Assembly: GCA_963663805.2 (NCBI GenBank)
Contig: CAXXMR010000008.1
Coordinates: 64,001 to 128,000 of the forward strand
DNA length: 64,000 nt
Reading direction: 5' to 3'
Source of the DNA: Sedimentisphaerales bacterium
Lineage (GTDB): Bacteria; Planctomycetota; Phycisphaerae; Sedimentisphaerales; SM23-30
Numbering within the stretch: position 1 is the first letter of the stretch; the number at the start of each line of letters is the position of its first letter. The translations under genes and the position numbers were made by a program. Shown piece by piece: positions 21,416-33,500 of the stretch. The notes beneath the pieces were generated by a model. The model did not search any database, was not told the DNA's origin, and saw only the letters and a list, made by a program, of their open reading frames with translations.

Positions 21416-22508
21416 TCACTCAGACAATTTGTCTCCCCTCACGCAATCCCACCCGCCGCCTACAACCGCTTCGTGTTTATCGTAAAACACTGCCGCCTGT
21501 CCCGGTGTTATCGCGCTGACCGGTTCATCAAACTCAACTTCCACCGTGCCGTCGCCGATAGGTCGAACTACTCCTGCCGCTCCCCGATGATTATACCTTA
21601 TTTGTATAATCGCCTTGAAGGATTCGTTTGGTACTTCATCCACCATCCAAACCAGCATTTTCCGCCCGCAGTTTTTGGCCGCTCAGTTCCTGGCGATTGC
21701 CCAGCACCACCCGGTTTGCCTCTGCGTCAATTTGTACCACATACGCAGGTTCACCCAGTGCTATTCCCAAACCCCGCCGCTGTCCGATAGTGTATTTGTA
21801 CGTTCCCTCATGTTTGCCCAGTACTTTGCCTGATGTATTGACTATCTCACCTTCCCGGCAGACATCCGGTGTTCGTTCCGCCACCAGCCGGGCATAATCA
21901 TCGTCCGGCACAAAACATATTTCTTGCGATTCGCCCTTGTCGTGCACCGGCAAGTCCATTTCCGTGGCCAATTCCCGTATCTGTCCTTTATGATACTCGC
22001 CCACCGGCAGCAAAATCCGCCCCAGCCGCTCGACTCCCATCCCAAACAGCGAATAAGACTGGTCCTTACCATTATCCACCCCCCGCACCAAGCGCCGCCG
22101 CCCGTCGATATCGGCTACCCGTGCATAATGCCCCGTGGCTACATATTCTGCTCCCCTTTTGTCGGCTAAATCCGCCAGCTTCCCGAATTTCAGCCTGCTG
22201 TTACACAAAATACAGGGATTTGGCGTTCTGCCCCGGCGATATTCATCCACAAAATGCTGAATTATCAGCTCGATGTCCTGTTGAAAATCCACGACCTCAA
22301 ACTCCATCCCCAGCCGCCGGGCGACTTCACGGGCGTCAGCGGCGTCTTCCGGGCTGCAACAGCCTGGCTGGTTCGGCTGAACCTGCCGCTTTTGCCCCAG
22401 ACACATAAACACCCCCACGCACTCATACCCCGCCCGGCCCAGCAGGCCGGCTGCTACCGAGCTATCGACCCCGCCGCTCATCGCTACTAAAACACGTTTT
22501 TTACTCAT
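21416..22508 (-). CDS. mnmA: tRNA 2-thiouridylase, frameshifted near 21660 and probably again near 21449
   Basis: AMSGGVDSS, TPNPC..CN, ATGHYA, KDQSY, ESQEICF, TIGQRRG; the C-terminal ITPGQAAVFY lies in ORF 21416-21658. Confidence 0.92.
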
Positions 22509-22639
22509 AAAACCAAAATAACCGCAAACCCCGCCAAAAAAAATAATAAATATCTGTGCAATATCAACCCCGCCCCCGCGTTATAATGTCGCAAAGTGTT
22601 GTATATTGAACCTGAACTTGTATTTAAGGAACGTTGAAA

Positions 22640-23385
22640 ATGAAAAAAATCCAACTATCGGTTATTGCCGCTTTAACACTTGCCCTCTGGTGGCCCTGAA
22701 CGCCCCTGCCCAGCAATTTTCTAATGATGACCGGGCTCCCCAGGATGGGCAAAGACGTTTTGGCGGACCCGAAGGGAGATTCGGCGGCGGCGGACGCGGA
22801 TTTTCACGGGCTGGTCAGGTTGGTGCTGTCGACCCTGCCCGCCAACTTGCCATGCTAATGAGAATGAAAGACCAGCTCAACCTTGAAGAAGACCAGCTCG
22901 ACGACCTGCAGGGCATTGCTGATGATGCCCAGAAGCTTTCCGAAGAGATTCAGAAGCTTCAGGAAGACCTAAACCAGGCTGTCCAGGATGAGGCAAATCA
23001 GAGAGAAATTCGTTCGATAGCCGGCGATCTCGGTGAAGCTATGGGGGACCAGGCTGTACTACAGGTTAATCTCAAAGGCGACCTCGAAGACATCCTTAAC
23101 CAGGATCAGATGGACAAGGTTGAAAAAATGAAACAGAGCTTTTCGGGTTCTGACCGCCCGGACCGCTCCATGGCCCGGACCGTCGCGGACCCCGAAGCTG
23201 CTTTCAAGCAAGCTGACACCGACGGCAACAATAGTGTCTCACTGGAAGAGTTCAAAAAATATCTTGAACAATCCAGTACCCGTCGCTTTGGAAGACCCGG
23301 CAGAAGCCAGGACAGCGACACCGGTAGTGAAAATAGCGAGAACAACAGCAATAATTTACGTCGTCGGCCTCGCGTAGAAAAATAA
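22640..23385 (+). CDS. Secreted Spy/CpxP-like protein with EF-hand; frameshift in the signal peptide near 22685
   Basis: TAAGGA RBS + MKKIQLSVIAAL; L.L..DQ and IL..DQ motifs; DTDGNNSVSLEEF. Confidence 0.65.
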
Positions 23386-23561
23386 TTGAGTCAAACTGAA
23401 TTCACGAAACCCGATTCGCCGGGCAGGAAAGATGGTATCGCACAAGCCATCGGCCTGTCCGGCCATCTTTTTGTCCAATTATTCCCACCAATTCCCAACA
23501 AAGGTCGAGTTGAGTAAGCGGCTGGAACCGGTTACGACCTCACCATCCTCAACTTCTCCCC

Positions 23562-24308
23562 TTAACGGAAGTGTTCCCCAAGAATAATATCCAGTGCTGC
23601 CTGAGCCATACGTAGTCCGAAAATCCCCGTAATAGTGGGTAGCGAACCAAGTGTACGCCGTTTACGCCCCCGTTCGAGAACCAGCTCGTCATGATGGTCT
23701 TCGCTAGTCAAGGCTGGCGTGGGTCTCTCTGTCGAGAACACGCAAGTGAAGTCAATCGGAATTCCCCGCTGCCTAAGTTTTTTGCGAACGACTCGAGCCA
23801 GCGCACACCCGTGCGATTTTTCCAGAGCAGCGGTCTGGATTTTGTCAGGGTCACTTTTCAATGCCGCTCCCATGCTGCTAACAATAGACAAATCACGTTT
23901 ACGTGCCGCCGCCAGCAGTTCGATCTTCGGATTAAACGAATCAATCGCGTCGATAACAACCGTAATCTCGCCCGCCAGAATTTCCTCCAGCGTTTCTACA
24001 TGAGCGAAGCATTCCATAGTTTCCACATGGCAGTCCGGGTTAATATCGAGAATTCGCTTGCGGGCAGCCTCAACCTTCGCCTGGCCAATAGTGGATTCCA
24101 GTGCGTACAATTGCCGGTTGATATTAGTGGCCTGAACCTTATCGAAATCGACCAGACGAATATTACCCAGCCCGGCACGTGTCAGGGTTTCAGCGGCATA
24201 GCCGCCTACCGCACCGAGTCCGACAATTACCACACGCGAGTCGTGCAATAGCTCCATCGCTTTTTCCCCCAGCATTAATTCTGTTCTGGCAAACCTCGCG
24301 TTTGACAT
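23562..24308 (-). CDS. tcdA: tRNA threonylcarbamoyladenosine dehydratase (ThiF family)
   Basis: GLGAVG, D.D....NINRQ, IDAID, SSMGA. Confidence 0.85.
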   Translation of the reverse strand: MSNARFARTELMLGEKAMELLHDSRVVIVGLGAVGGYAAETLTRAGLGNIRLVDFDKVQATNINRQLYALESTIGQAKVEAARKRILDINPDCHVETMECFAHVETLEEILAGEITVVIDAIDSFNPKIELLAAARKRDLSIVSSMGAALKSDPDKIQTAALEKSHGCALARVVRKKLRQRGIPIDFTCVFSTERPTPALTSEDHHDELVLERGRKRRTLGSLPTITGIFGLRMAQAALDIILGEHFR

Positions 24309-24314
24309 TGTTTT

Positions 24315-25157
24315 TTAATGTCCCTCGTTATTTTCGATTAAAAACGCCCTCTGATAGTTCTGTTGCAGCTGTTCCGTCAGAGCCGCTTCTGGAATTTCCA
24401 GAATAGCTGAAATTCCTTCCAGTATTCCCGCTAGATTCGCCGGTTCATTAATCTGTTTTCCCTCGGCGTCCTGACTGGAACTTTTAATATAGCGACGCGG
24501 CGGAATAATATTCGGTGAATCTGTCTCCAGCAGCAGCCGTTCCAGCGGCACCACCCGCAGCACTTCCCGCCGCCGGTCCTGTCGTTTCCGAAGTACATTT
24601 CCCGCGAAACTGAAATAACCGCCCATTGATGCCAGCTCTGCCATGATTTCCCTCGACCCGCCAAAACTGTGCCATATCATTGTCTGAGGCAAAAACTTTT
24701 CCGTCCGCAGAATATCCATCATCGCCCCCCAAGCCTGTACGCAATGAATTACCGCCGGCAGCCGAAGCTGATAAGCCAGCTCCAACTGACTGCGAAACAC
24801 CGTCTGCTGCAATTTCTCGTCACTATTTTCAATCCACCCATCCAGCCCGATTTCTCCCACCGCCGTCGCCCCGTTCAGCATATCACCCAGCAGCTCCTGC
24901 CAGCCCGTTCGACTCTGCGATATAAACCACGGATGCAAACCGTAACATGGTGAAACCGATTCATGTTCCTGGGCGATTTGCTTTACAATGGGCCAATCGA
25001 AAGGCCGAGTGCCGTTGCATACGAATCTGCTGACAGAATGTTCTTGAGCACGTCGGATAATATGCTCCACATGACCAGCCAGTACCGGCTCCTGAAGATG
25101 AACATGACAGTCTGTCAATTCCATTTTTCTCATGGAATTTTTATAACCAGCCCCCAA
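24315..25157 (-). CDS. TatD-family hydrolase
   Basis: DCHVH, GLHPW, VGEIGLD, IHC, HSF, LETD. Confidence 0.92.
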   Translation of the reverse strand: MGAGYKNSMRKMELTDCHVHLQEPVLAGHVEHIIRRAQEHSVSRFVCNGTRPFDWPIVKQIAQEHESVSPCYGLHPWFISQSRTGWQELLGDMLNGATAVGEIGLDGWIENSDEKLQQTVFRSQLELAYQLRLPAVIHCVQAWGAMMDILRTEKFLPQTMIWHSFGGSREIMAELASMGGYFSFAGNVLRKRQDRRREVLRVVPLERLLLETDSPNIIPPRRYIKSSSQDAEGKQINEPANLAGILEGISAILEIPEAALTEQLQQNYQRAFLIENNEGH

Positions 25158-25198
25158 CGCTTCGTCAAGGCTGATAACTTTTTTTGAATTTTTCTGGC

Positions 25199-25660
25199 CT
25201 AGGGTACATAAATAAGTCGAACCGCCATCGGATAAGCATCAGCATCCAGTACGGTCACGTTTTTCTGTCCGACAAAATCGTTCCATTGTTCGGCTGTTTC
25301 AAACGTTTCGGCTTCCGGTACGGTCACATCAAACACATCATCGTCGGTCGCGGCAATCTGCGGCAGAAAAATCCCGCATGTAGTATTAAGCAGTTCCTTT
25401 AGCGCGTCGATACCTTTGCCCGGCCCGTCGATTTCATTCTGGTCAACTCCCATGATATTTGCCGCGATCATTGCCGCGGTATCTGTCCCCGCCAGCAGTT
25501 CGAGCGTACCGCTGTGCGGCCCTGAGAATTTCATGCGAGCCAATATACTGCTTTCCGGCACGGGCAACTTATCTTCCATCGGCAGGGTAAAGATAAACGC
25601 CGTAGTTTCCATTGTCTCACATAACGATTCAACTAGTGCCGCTTCGATTGTTTTGAGCAT
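25199..25660 (-). CDS. CheX-like chemotaxis phosphatase
   Basis: F.G...G.L, DALKELLN motif, P near the C-terminus; downstream of cheD. Confidence 0.75.
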   Translation of the reverse strand: MLKTIEAALVESLCETMETTAFIFTLPMEDKLPVPESSILARMKFSGPHSGTLELLAGTDTAAMIAANIMGVDQNEIDGPGKGIDALKELLNTTCGIFLPQIAATDDDVFDVTVPEAETFETAEQWNDFVGQKNVTVLDADAYPMAVRLIYVP

Positions 25661-25672
25661 GACAAACTCCAG

Positions 25673-26149
25673 TTACAATTTTTTCGTTTCACCCTGACAG
25701 CGAATTTTTACCGTGCCGTCTGCGATATTAAGCATAAGATTACGAGCGAATTTTCCGCCCACATCTTCGGCATCAATAAACATACCGTTTTTCCAGAGAA
25801 ACTGCCTGATGGCAGCGTAATTTCTTTTGCCAATCTGGAACATCTTTGCGTCGTTCATCATCTGAGCGCCGCCGGCGATCTTTACTTTCAGTCTCTTACT
25901 GTTCGCCCCCAGCGACTTCATCTTATTCAAAAGCCACTCCATCCCCGTATCCGCGAACATCAGCGGGAAGTTCTGGGCTTTGGTCATATCCTGTTTCGCG
26001 GAGGGCAGTTGGTAATGCAGCATCCCGCCCACCCGAGCAGTCGGGTCATAAAGGGCCACCCCGATACAGGAGCCGAGCGAATAGGTGGTCAACTCGTCAC
26101 TGGGGTCAGCCGAGACTCTTGCGTCGGAAATATCGACTATCAGTTTCAC
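25673..26149 (-). CDS. cheD: Chemoreceptor glutamine deamidase
   Basis: LGSCIG, GMLH..LP, FADTG, K.AGGA, IG.RN, DVGG. Confidence 0.93.
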   Translation of the reverse strand: MKLIVDISDARVSADPSDELTTYSLGSCIGVALYDPTARVGGMLHYQLPSAKQDMTKAQNFPLMFADTGMEWLLNKMKSLGANSKRLKVKIAGGAQMMNDAKMFQIGKRNYAAIRQFLWKNGMFIDAEDVGGKFARNLMLNIADGTVKIRCQGETKKL

Positions 26150-26229
26150 GCTTCGGTCTTCCCTTATATACTTTGTTATTTGCCAACTAACTTTTGCAGG
26201 CGTTCACTTTCCTGCCTGCCTACCAGTTA

Positions 26230-26257
26230 GTATCGAATCTCGTATATTCAGGCTTTA
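26230..26257 (-). promoter_or_regulatory. Possible sigma-28 promoter for cheD
   Basis: Minus strand reads TAAAGCCT-N12-TTCGATAC versus consensus TAAAGTTT-N11-GCCGATAA. Confidence 0.4.
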
Positions 26258-26448
26258 GAAACTCATGTTCATTTACATGATTTTTTTGATAACTCACTTG
26301 TCAGCAATCAATTACAATATATGTCCTGTTACGCCGTTCGATGGACTGTCCGTTTTTGTATATCATATTTTATATTATCGGACCAAGCCTGCCCCAAAGC
26401 CAGACTCCCGCTGGCGAAAAAGCGGGAGCCAGAAGAAACCGTTTATGT

Positions 26449-26823
26449 TCAGCAAATGCGTTCGGCACCGTTATATATTTCTTCCACTTTCATTACCACA
26501 GCAGCGGCACGAGGCAACTTGTCAGGGCACCATTTCTGAACTTCATCATACATTGCCCCGGTCTCCTGTCTTTGAGCCCGGCCTTTGAGCTGATAGGCGC
26601 CCTTGTCTTCATCCAAAACTGAAAACGCGATTCTGCCATTATTCAAAATGTTCTCACGGGTTTTCTTCAGATAATTATCCGCGATGAGAATAGTTTCATC
26701 GTCGATCACTTTCAGATATTTGATATAGACAACATTGGGCACGCCCTGGGCATTGCTCGTCGCTACACAAAATAATTCCTGGTTTGCAATTCCATCTTTG
26801 ATTTCTTTCAATAATTTTGCCAT
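26449..26823 (-). CDS. Pyridoxamine 5'-phosphate oxidase-family FMN-binding protein
   Basis: VATS...G.PNV, KT..NI..N, YQLKG. Confidence 0.85.
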   Translation of the reverse strand: MAKLLKEIKDGIANQELFCVATSNAQGVPNVVYIKYLKVIDDETILIADNYLKKTRENILNNGRIAFSVLDEDKGAYQLKGRAQRQETGAMYDEVQKWCPDKLPRAAAVVMKVEEIYNGAERIC

Positions 26824-26852
26824 GTTTACTCCGGTTAAATAAAGTGATACTA

Positions 26853-27818
26853 TCATTTTGTAACAGCTTTGTAATAGAGATGATGTTTTTGGTCGTGAGC
26901 TTCTATTTTGCCTTCTGTTAAAAGCTCTTCTAAATATTTGACCGCTTCATTGCGGTGCAAGCCCAGGCCGGATGCGATGTCATCAACCGAACAGGGACGA
27001 CGTAACAGAAGCGTCAAGACATCTTCACGACGAGACACAAATTCTTCATGCCCATGTACATCCCGATAATCGGCAATCACTTCGGCCCGATTGGATAATT
27101 GGGCCGCAAGCCGTTCCAGTTTCTTTTTTTCGATAGGCTCGGCAAACTGCTCCGCCGGCGGACGAGTTACGGTATTAACCTGAACCTTATCAGGCCCAAT
27201 AGCATCGATACATGATTTCAAGCATTGGATTTCAGGGTTGCTGTCAGTTGCTCCGCCCAGCAAAAAAACCTCCAACCAGTATTGCCCCCGGTATTCTTTC
27301 CGAAAACGAACCAGCCCTTCAAGCATCTGCTCAAAAGATATATCCGCGTAAGGCCGATTGACATATTGAAACGAATCGTTATTCCCTGCGTCAAGAGAGG
27401 GAATAACCAGATCCGCCCCCCAAAGAGACTGCCTTACCTCAGATTGCCACAACAAAGAGCCGTTCGTCAGTACAGCCACCGGAATGGTAGTGATTCCTTT
27501 GATTTTGGCAATAAGTTCACCACACCTCGAATACAGTGTCGGCTCACCCGAACCCGAAAGCGTTATGTAGTCAGGCCGTAAATAAAGCTTTTCGTCAATC
27601 TGTGACAGAATCTTGTCAAGCGGCACCCATTCCTTACGCTCAATGGTTTTATGAGTAGTCCTGCCCAGCTGACAATAAATACAATCATAACTACAGGTTT
27701 TAAAGGGAACAATATCAACCCCCAGAGACCGACCCAACCGCCTCGAGGGTACGGGACCAAAGATATACTCCACTTCAGCCGCCCCCTCTGATAATTCCCT
27801 GGTCTGTCGATGGTTCAT
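26853..27818 (-). CDS. Radical SAM protein with C-terminal HTH
   Basis: FGPVPSRRLG, CSYDCIYC, GSGEPTL. Confidence 0.92.
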   Translation of the reverse strand: MNHRQTRELSEGAAEVEYIFGPVPSRRLGRSLGVDIVPFKTCSYDCIYCQLGRTTHKTIERKEWVPLDKILSQIDEKLYLRPDYITLSGSGEPTLYSRCGELIAKIKGITTIPVAVLTNGSLLWQSEVRQSLWGADLVIPSLDAGNNDSFQYVNRPYADISFEQMLEGLVRFRKEYRGQYWLEVFLLGGATDSNPEIQCLKSCIDAIGPDKVQVNTVTRPPAEQFAEPIEKKKLERLAAQLSNRAEVIADYRDVHGHEEFVSRREDVLTLLLRRPCSVDDIASGLGLHRNEAVKYLEELLTEGKIEAHDQKHHLYYKAVTK

Positions 27819-28013
27819 GATAACTTTCCAAAGTAACTTTCACGCTACATCTGGTAATCATGCGATAAAAAACAGGGATTTTCAAGGGTTTTTTTAGAAA
27901 TTAATCATTAACTAAAGTTTTGCAAAATGACAATTTGGCTAAATCAAAGCAATAAACTTATCTTGGTCTTATAGAAATCGCACGTTTCATAGTAATTTTC
28001 AAAAGAGTTTGAG

Positions 28014-29672
28014 TTATTTATGTACTCGCAGGGCAGCGCAGCCGCCGGGGCTTAGTTTTACGGTTATGCCTTCGGGGTAAGTGCCGATTTCTTTCTGACG
28101 CCAGATGTCCCGGACTTTCGTCTGGCCGGAAATGTTCGCTTCCTGCCAGGTCAGGTTGATGTCGTTTTCGCTGTCGTCCTGACGGTTGAACAGGGCGAGA
28201 ACTTTTGAGCCGTCGGCAAGTTTTTTGACCATGATGATCTCTTTGTCGTTATCGCGTACTACTTCGGCAACATGGACCAGTTCGTCCTGATTGGTGTTGA
28301 CGATTTCGGCATTACAGAGCAGACCCAGGGTGAAGTCGTCAATTTCGTTTATATCGCAGGAGAAGAAGAACGGGGCACAGACTATGGACCACATGGTGAC
28401 GTACTGGTAACGCTGGTTGGTGGTTAGCGGGATTTCGTGGGAGGGTTTCATTTTGTGCTTACCGTCCCGGATTTTGTGAATGTACATATAGTCGGGGTCG
28501 TTCCATTGGCCGGACTGGTTATATTCTCTGAGCTGGGTGGCGATACGAACACCTTCGCTGAAGAAATACTCCCGCAGTCGCAGATTAAGGTCACCGGAAA
28601 TTCGCCAGGTCTGGATATCCAGAGCCGGGGCCCATTGCCAGGGGTTTTCCTGTCCATACTGGCAGAGATTATAAAGTATGTCGCGGTCCTGTTCCTGGAG
28701 ATATTTGGCCATTAGGGCCCACAATTCCTGATAGGTGTGTTCTTTTAGCCATTCATCGAGCAGGAATTTGGCTCCGCACAGGTCGTATTTAAGCATGTCG
28801 TATCCCCATTGGGCCCAGGTTTTAGCGTCTAGCTCTTCATGGCCGAAAGATGCCTCGCGGCACTGGCAGGTTACCTGGCCGGGCCCGCTGTAGAGGCCGG
28901 CTTTCAGGCCGTAGGAGTGAATGTAGTCAGCCAGGGCTTTCATGTCGGGGAAGGCCTTGTTGCTGATTATTCGGCCGGATTCGTCGCGAGTCGGCCCGAC
29001 ATGACTATCGAAATCATAAGTGTCATCCAGTTTTTTCAGGGAGTTCTTGACATATTTCAGAGCCTTTTCGCTATCGAAATGCGAGGTGGCATATTTTGCC
29101 AGCAGTTCCAGGTCGGTAAGATAAACGTCCGGGTCCATCGATGTCCAGCCGTCATCGATGCAGATATACTGGAAGCCTACATCTGCCAGTCCTTTATTGA
29201 TGAAGGTATCGGCGACTTTTCGCATGATTTTATCGGAGACGTGGAGCATATGTCCGCCCCAGCTATTATAACCGGTGGGTGGGGTGAGGGCTATTTTGTC
29301 GCCGACAACTATTCTGAAATTACGTTCGGTGGTGCCGCTGTTATTGGCGGCTTTGAAGATGACGGGGTATTCGCCTTTTTGAGTGGGTGCGGTTCCGGTG
29401 ATGATACCGTTGTCGGTGTCGAGCGTCATTGACTCGGGCAGGCCGATAGCTTGGAATTTGAGGGGACGGTTGCCCTGGCAGGGAATACGATAGATGAATT
29501 TTTTGCCCGGTCTTACTCCGTAAAGTTCGGGGCCGTTGATTTGCGGTGCTGCCGCTGGTGGGGGGGTGAGGATTTCTTTTTCGCCGATTCGGGCATCATA
29601 GATATTCGAGGCATTGATTGGGAATTGCAGACAGGAAATGATTAACAGCGTAATTAAGATAATCTTTTTCAT
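28014..29672 (-). CDS. Secreted GH27 alpha-galactosidase-like protein with Ig-like domain
   Basis: Signal peptide, TPP.G.NSW, IDDGW, LKYD.C, WRISGD, WNDPD. Confidence 0.88.
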   Translation of the reverse strand: MKKIILITLLIISCLQFPINASNIYDARIGEKEILTPPPAAAPQINGPELYGVRPGKKFIYRIPCQGNRPLKFQAIGLPESMTLDTDNGIITGTAPTQKGEYPVIFKAANNSGTTERNFRIVVGDKIALTPPTGYNSWGGHMLHVSDKIMRKVADTFINKGLADVGFQYICIDDGWTSMDPDVYLTDLELLAKYATSHFDSEKALKYVKNSLKKLDDTYDFDSHVGPTRDESGRIISNKAFPDMKALADYIHSYGLKAGLYSGPGQVTCQCREASFGHEELDAKTWAQWGYDMLKYDLCGAKFLLDEWLKEHTYQELWALMAKYLQEQDRDILYNLCQYGQENPWQWAPALDIQTWRISGDLNLRLREYFFSEGVRIATQLREYNQSGQWNDPDYMYIHKIRDGKHKMKPSHEIPLTTNQRYQYVTMWSIVCAPFFFSCDINEIDDFTLGLLCNAEIVNTNQDELVHVAEVVRDNDKEIIMVKKLADGSKVLALFNRQDDSENDINLTWQEANISGQTKVRDIWRQKEIGTYPEGITVKLSPGGCAALRVHK

Positions 29673-29930
29673 GGGCGGCTCTCCTGAATAAAAAGTTAAT
29701 TCGCAAGTAGATGATTATTCCGGTGATTATACCCGAATAACCCACAGGAAGTGAAAATTAGATAGGTCTTTGACTCAACCGCTCTTAATCGCCCACTCTA
29801 ATAACGTTATTATTTATTGTCCAGTATAAATTAGCGGGAGCGACAGGCGACTCCAAGAATTTTATTTCCCGAATAAATATTTGCGTGATAGAAAAAGAAA
29901 ACCTTGTGGAAATACTCATCGCTTTGATGG

Positions 29931-30500
29931 TTATTCTGCGGTGTAGGTAATTACTTCCCGACCCTGTTTGTTGATTCTGACTTTGCCGGGCGGGGTGTTG
30001 TCCGGCTTTTCGTTCAGGGTCAGTATGAACGCACGCGAGCCGTCGCCCAGTTCAGAGCCGGAAAGGTTGGCCAGGGCGGTAATTCGCAGCGGTTCGGTAT
30101 TGGTAACGCGGACCATTATTATCATGCTGAAAGTTTGGCCGACATGTACATTTTCGTATGTTCGGTTCAGGCCTTCGCGGCCTATTAATTTTGCTGTTTC
30201 GGGCAGTGCAATCGTCAGAGTCAATTTGTCTGCATCGCTCAGGGATGTGACATTGAAATAGACCAGCACGGCCTGGCCCGCTACTGGCTGGCAATAGCTT
30301 TCGGCTAGAGAGCCCTCGACCGGTACCTTGCCGGTTCCGAACGTATGGCGCTGGCAGACGACATCTTCGCAGCAGTGAGTGTTAAGACTCTTCAGTTCGC
30401 CTGGGGCGAAGGTCTCTGGATGCGAAGCTGGGCGACCATAACAGCCGCCCAGCATTAACGCCATTAAACAGAATATCAATAATTTCAATCCTGCGGACAT
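29931..30500 (-). CDS. Predicted lipoprotein
   Basis: LGGC lipobox; overlaps the stop of the upstream protease gene. Confidence 0.7.
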   Translation of the reverse strand: MSAGLKLLIFCLMALMLGGCYGRPASHPETFAPGELKSLNTHCCEDVVCQRHTFGTGKVPVEGSLAESYCQPVAGQAVLVYFNVTSLSDADKLTLTIALPETAKLIGREGLNRTYENVHVGQTFSMIIMVRVTNTEPLRITALANLSGSELGDGSRAFILTLNEKPDNTPPGKVRINKQGREVITYTAE

Positions 30501-33500
30501 TCGGTACCTTCAAAGTAGTAACTTGATAAACCGTGGTAATCGACGATCTTCTTCAGTCCGCTGTTATTATAGGCCGTGCGGTTTTCATATCCACTGAGGC
30601 AGCACCATGCGTCCAAGAAGTCGATGAGGTCGCCTCCGCTGGTAATGCCGCTGCCAATCATCGGGCCGGTCTTCATATAGCTCATGGCGCTGAAGACCAT
30701 TTCTGACTGGGTTACATCATCGTGATTTTCGGCATTGGTCGCATCGGCCAGGTCCCAGAGGATGGCCCCGACGATTGCTTCGGAGAGGTCACCGTAAATC
30801 GCTCCGGTGGTGCCAGCCGGTACACTGCCGCTTAGTTTTTCCAGGTCCAGCCGGACGCCCAGAGCTGAACCGCCGTTGATGGAGTCGAGGTAGAGTGAGG
30901 CTTTTTTGGCCCAGCAGCCGTAGAATGTCGCGCTGCCTTCGGACCAGGCCAGCAGGGGATGGACCCGACTGCTTGAGCTGTGTGAACCTCCGGGGCTGTC
31001 GTCACGTGAATAATAATGCTGGAAGAAATGGCCGTACTCGTGGGCCAGTACCATATCATCGTATTCATCCGAATCCGACGCTAACGAAAGTACACTTATT
31101 ACGTCCATGGAAGATTTATAGCAGGATACCTTACTGCCGCATTCACCCTGCTGGCCGTTGGTCCAGACCCAGGTCAGAGGCGGTGGAGTCTGTCCGGTCA
31201 CCTTGCGGGCTACCAATGCACAGGACACACCTACGTCAAAAATGTTGAACGCCGGACCACCTTTGAAGATGTCGGCCTCGATTACTATATCCTCAACATC
31301 AGGATTGGCTTGCTCGTCGATAACATCGGTCATGCGTACCGAATAAAGTTGATAGGCGGAGTTGACGACCGATTGCTGCACGATATTGTTTCTCTGATAG
31401 GCGGTGACCGCGACATAGTATCCCGGTTCGCCGTCGTTCTCGAAACTAATGTCGAATGTGCCGTCCTGTTTGGTGCTGCCCTGGGCCAGAACTTCGTCAT
31501 CATCCGAGCGAACAACCTCAACTGTGGCAAAGCGTATGGGCAGCATATTCACGATAGTCGAAAGGCCTTCGTTGGTCTGGGGATAATCTGCGTAAACCGC
31601 TTTGCCGCGAACCCGGGCACCGCAAGCGGTATTGAAGGTTGTGATGTTATGATAGCCTGAACCTTCTTCCTCCGCGGAAAAACTGCCGGTAAACGTTTGG
31701 GTTTCGCTGCATGAGCGAACCGTAATGGTATAGTTCACGGAAGAGTTGCCGCCGTTGGTTTCCTCGTCACAATCACCGTAATAATCGACATCTACCTGGT
31801 AAACACCCATTGGGGCGCCGTCGGCCCAGTACATATTCTCAACCCGCACCCCGTCACAAATGGAGTCATGGTCCAGCGTGATGGTTCCGTTGTGAATCTG
31901 GTCGGTGCTGTAATAGAGATGCTCCGATTCGGTCGTGTTGGATTCGAGCGGGCCGTAAAGATGTAAATCAATATCGTTTACGCTGTCCCAGGAAAGTGTG
32001 ACCTGAGTTTTGGTCTGCTCGGTTTCGGAAAGGTCCAGCGTCTGGGTGAATTTTTCGCCCACGTTACCGATATTATCGACCAGTACCAGTTCGACTTCTA
32101 CCGTACCGCCCACATCACCTGAGGCACTGGGTCCGGTAAAGCGTGCGAAACGCGTCTGGGCAAAGCCCGGCGAGCTGGGTGCGAAATCATTATCGACGTT
32201 GACATCAACCAGAATTTCACCGTTGACCACTGTGGCCGGTGCTTCGTAGTAACCGGTATATCCGCCGGCACCGGTTATTTTCACCAATACCGCAGAGATG
32301 TCGGCGGCGTGTGCGGCGGTCGCGGTTCTGATACGCATAGTCGTTGTACCGCCGTTGATAATGGCGCCTGTCGTTATTCCAGAAATATCAGGGTCTGAGT
32401 CACCGCCGGTCGCGCTGGGCAGGTCGCCTGCCCGGAACACGCCGTCGGCCACGCCTACTCCGGGTAGTTCCATTTCGCTCGGCTCAACCGTGAAGCTGGT
32501 TTCATAAACGGAAGTGCCGGTGCTGAAAGTCGCGGTGGCGGTTAGAGTGCATTCGCCAAAATCGCCTACGGTTTGGGTAACCGTTAGTGTTTGTCCGGTT
32601 GCCTGGTGGGTCGAGAAATTGCCTTTGCCGTCGCCGGTGGCTGTGAGGGTGATGCTTTGGGCGCCTTCGGCGGTTATGGTTACGGTAGCACTGGTCCCGC
32701 CGACGGGACTAGCTGGGTCAATGGAAATTTCGGGCAGGTCGAGTACGTCTTCGTTTTTGGTTTCCAGACTGACCTCAACTTCTGCGGCAACCTCGATGGT
32801 ATCAGACGCTGAAGCGCCGTAGCCTTTAGCCTTGAAAACGACTTCGTTTAGCGGTCCTTTACCTGACCAGCTCAGACCCTCACCTTTCATGGCCAGCTTG
32901 AGCACTTCTTTTTTATATGTACCTTTAACAGTGGTTAATTCGACGGTGTCGCCGCAGACTGTGGCGGTTCCGCTGCCGGTCAGTTTGCCTTTTTCATCGG
33001 CGTTCAGCTCCAGGTCGAAAGATACCACCAGTGCTGAGGCGTCTGCAACATTCAAGATGAACGTACCCTTGCCGCCCAGATCGCCGCTGCCTTTGTAGGA
33101 TCCTTCAAACACCGCGGAGGTGGTGCTGAGTACACCTTTGAGGCTGGCTTTGTTTTTGCTGTTGGTTGGGTCGGTAAGTTTCAGGGCGATGGTCGTCTTT
33201 TTGCTGCTGAATTTGACCTTGCCTGATGCTTCGAGATAATAACCTGACCCGGAAAAATTACCGGTCAGGTTTCCCTTTCCGTCACTGCTTAAAGTCAGTG
33301 TGCCGGGGTAAGTCATCGTAATATCATCATCTGTTACTGTGGCACTTAACGGAAACTCGCCATTCAGGCAATAATTGGCTAATTGACAGTCAAAGCTGTA
33401 CGTGCCATCTTCCCAGACGGCGTACTCATCATCGGCACCCAGTACGGGGACAACTTGTCCAATAAGTAGACTAACGACAATCAACAGTAAAAAGGGGAAC

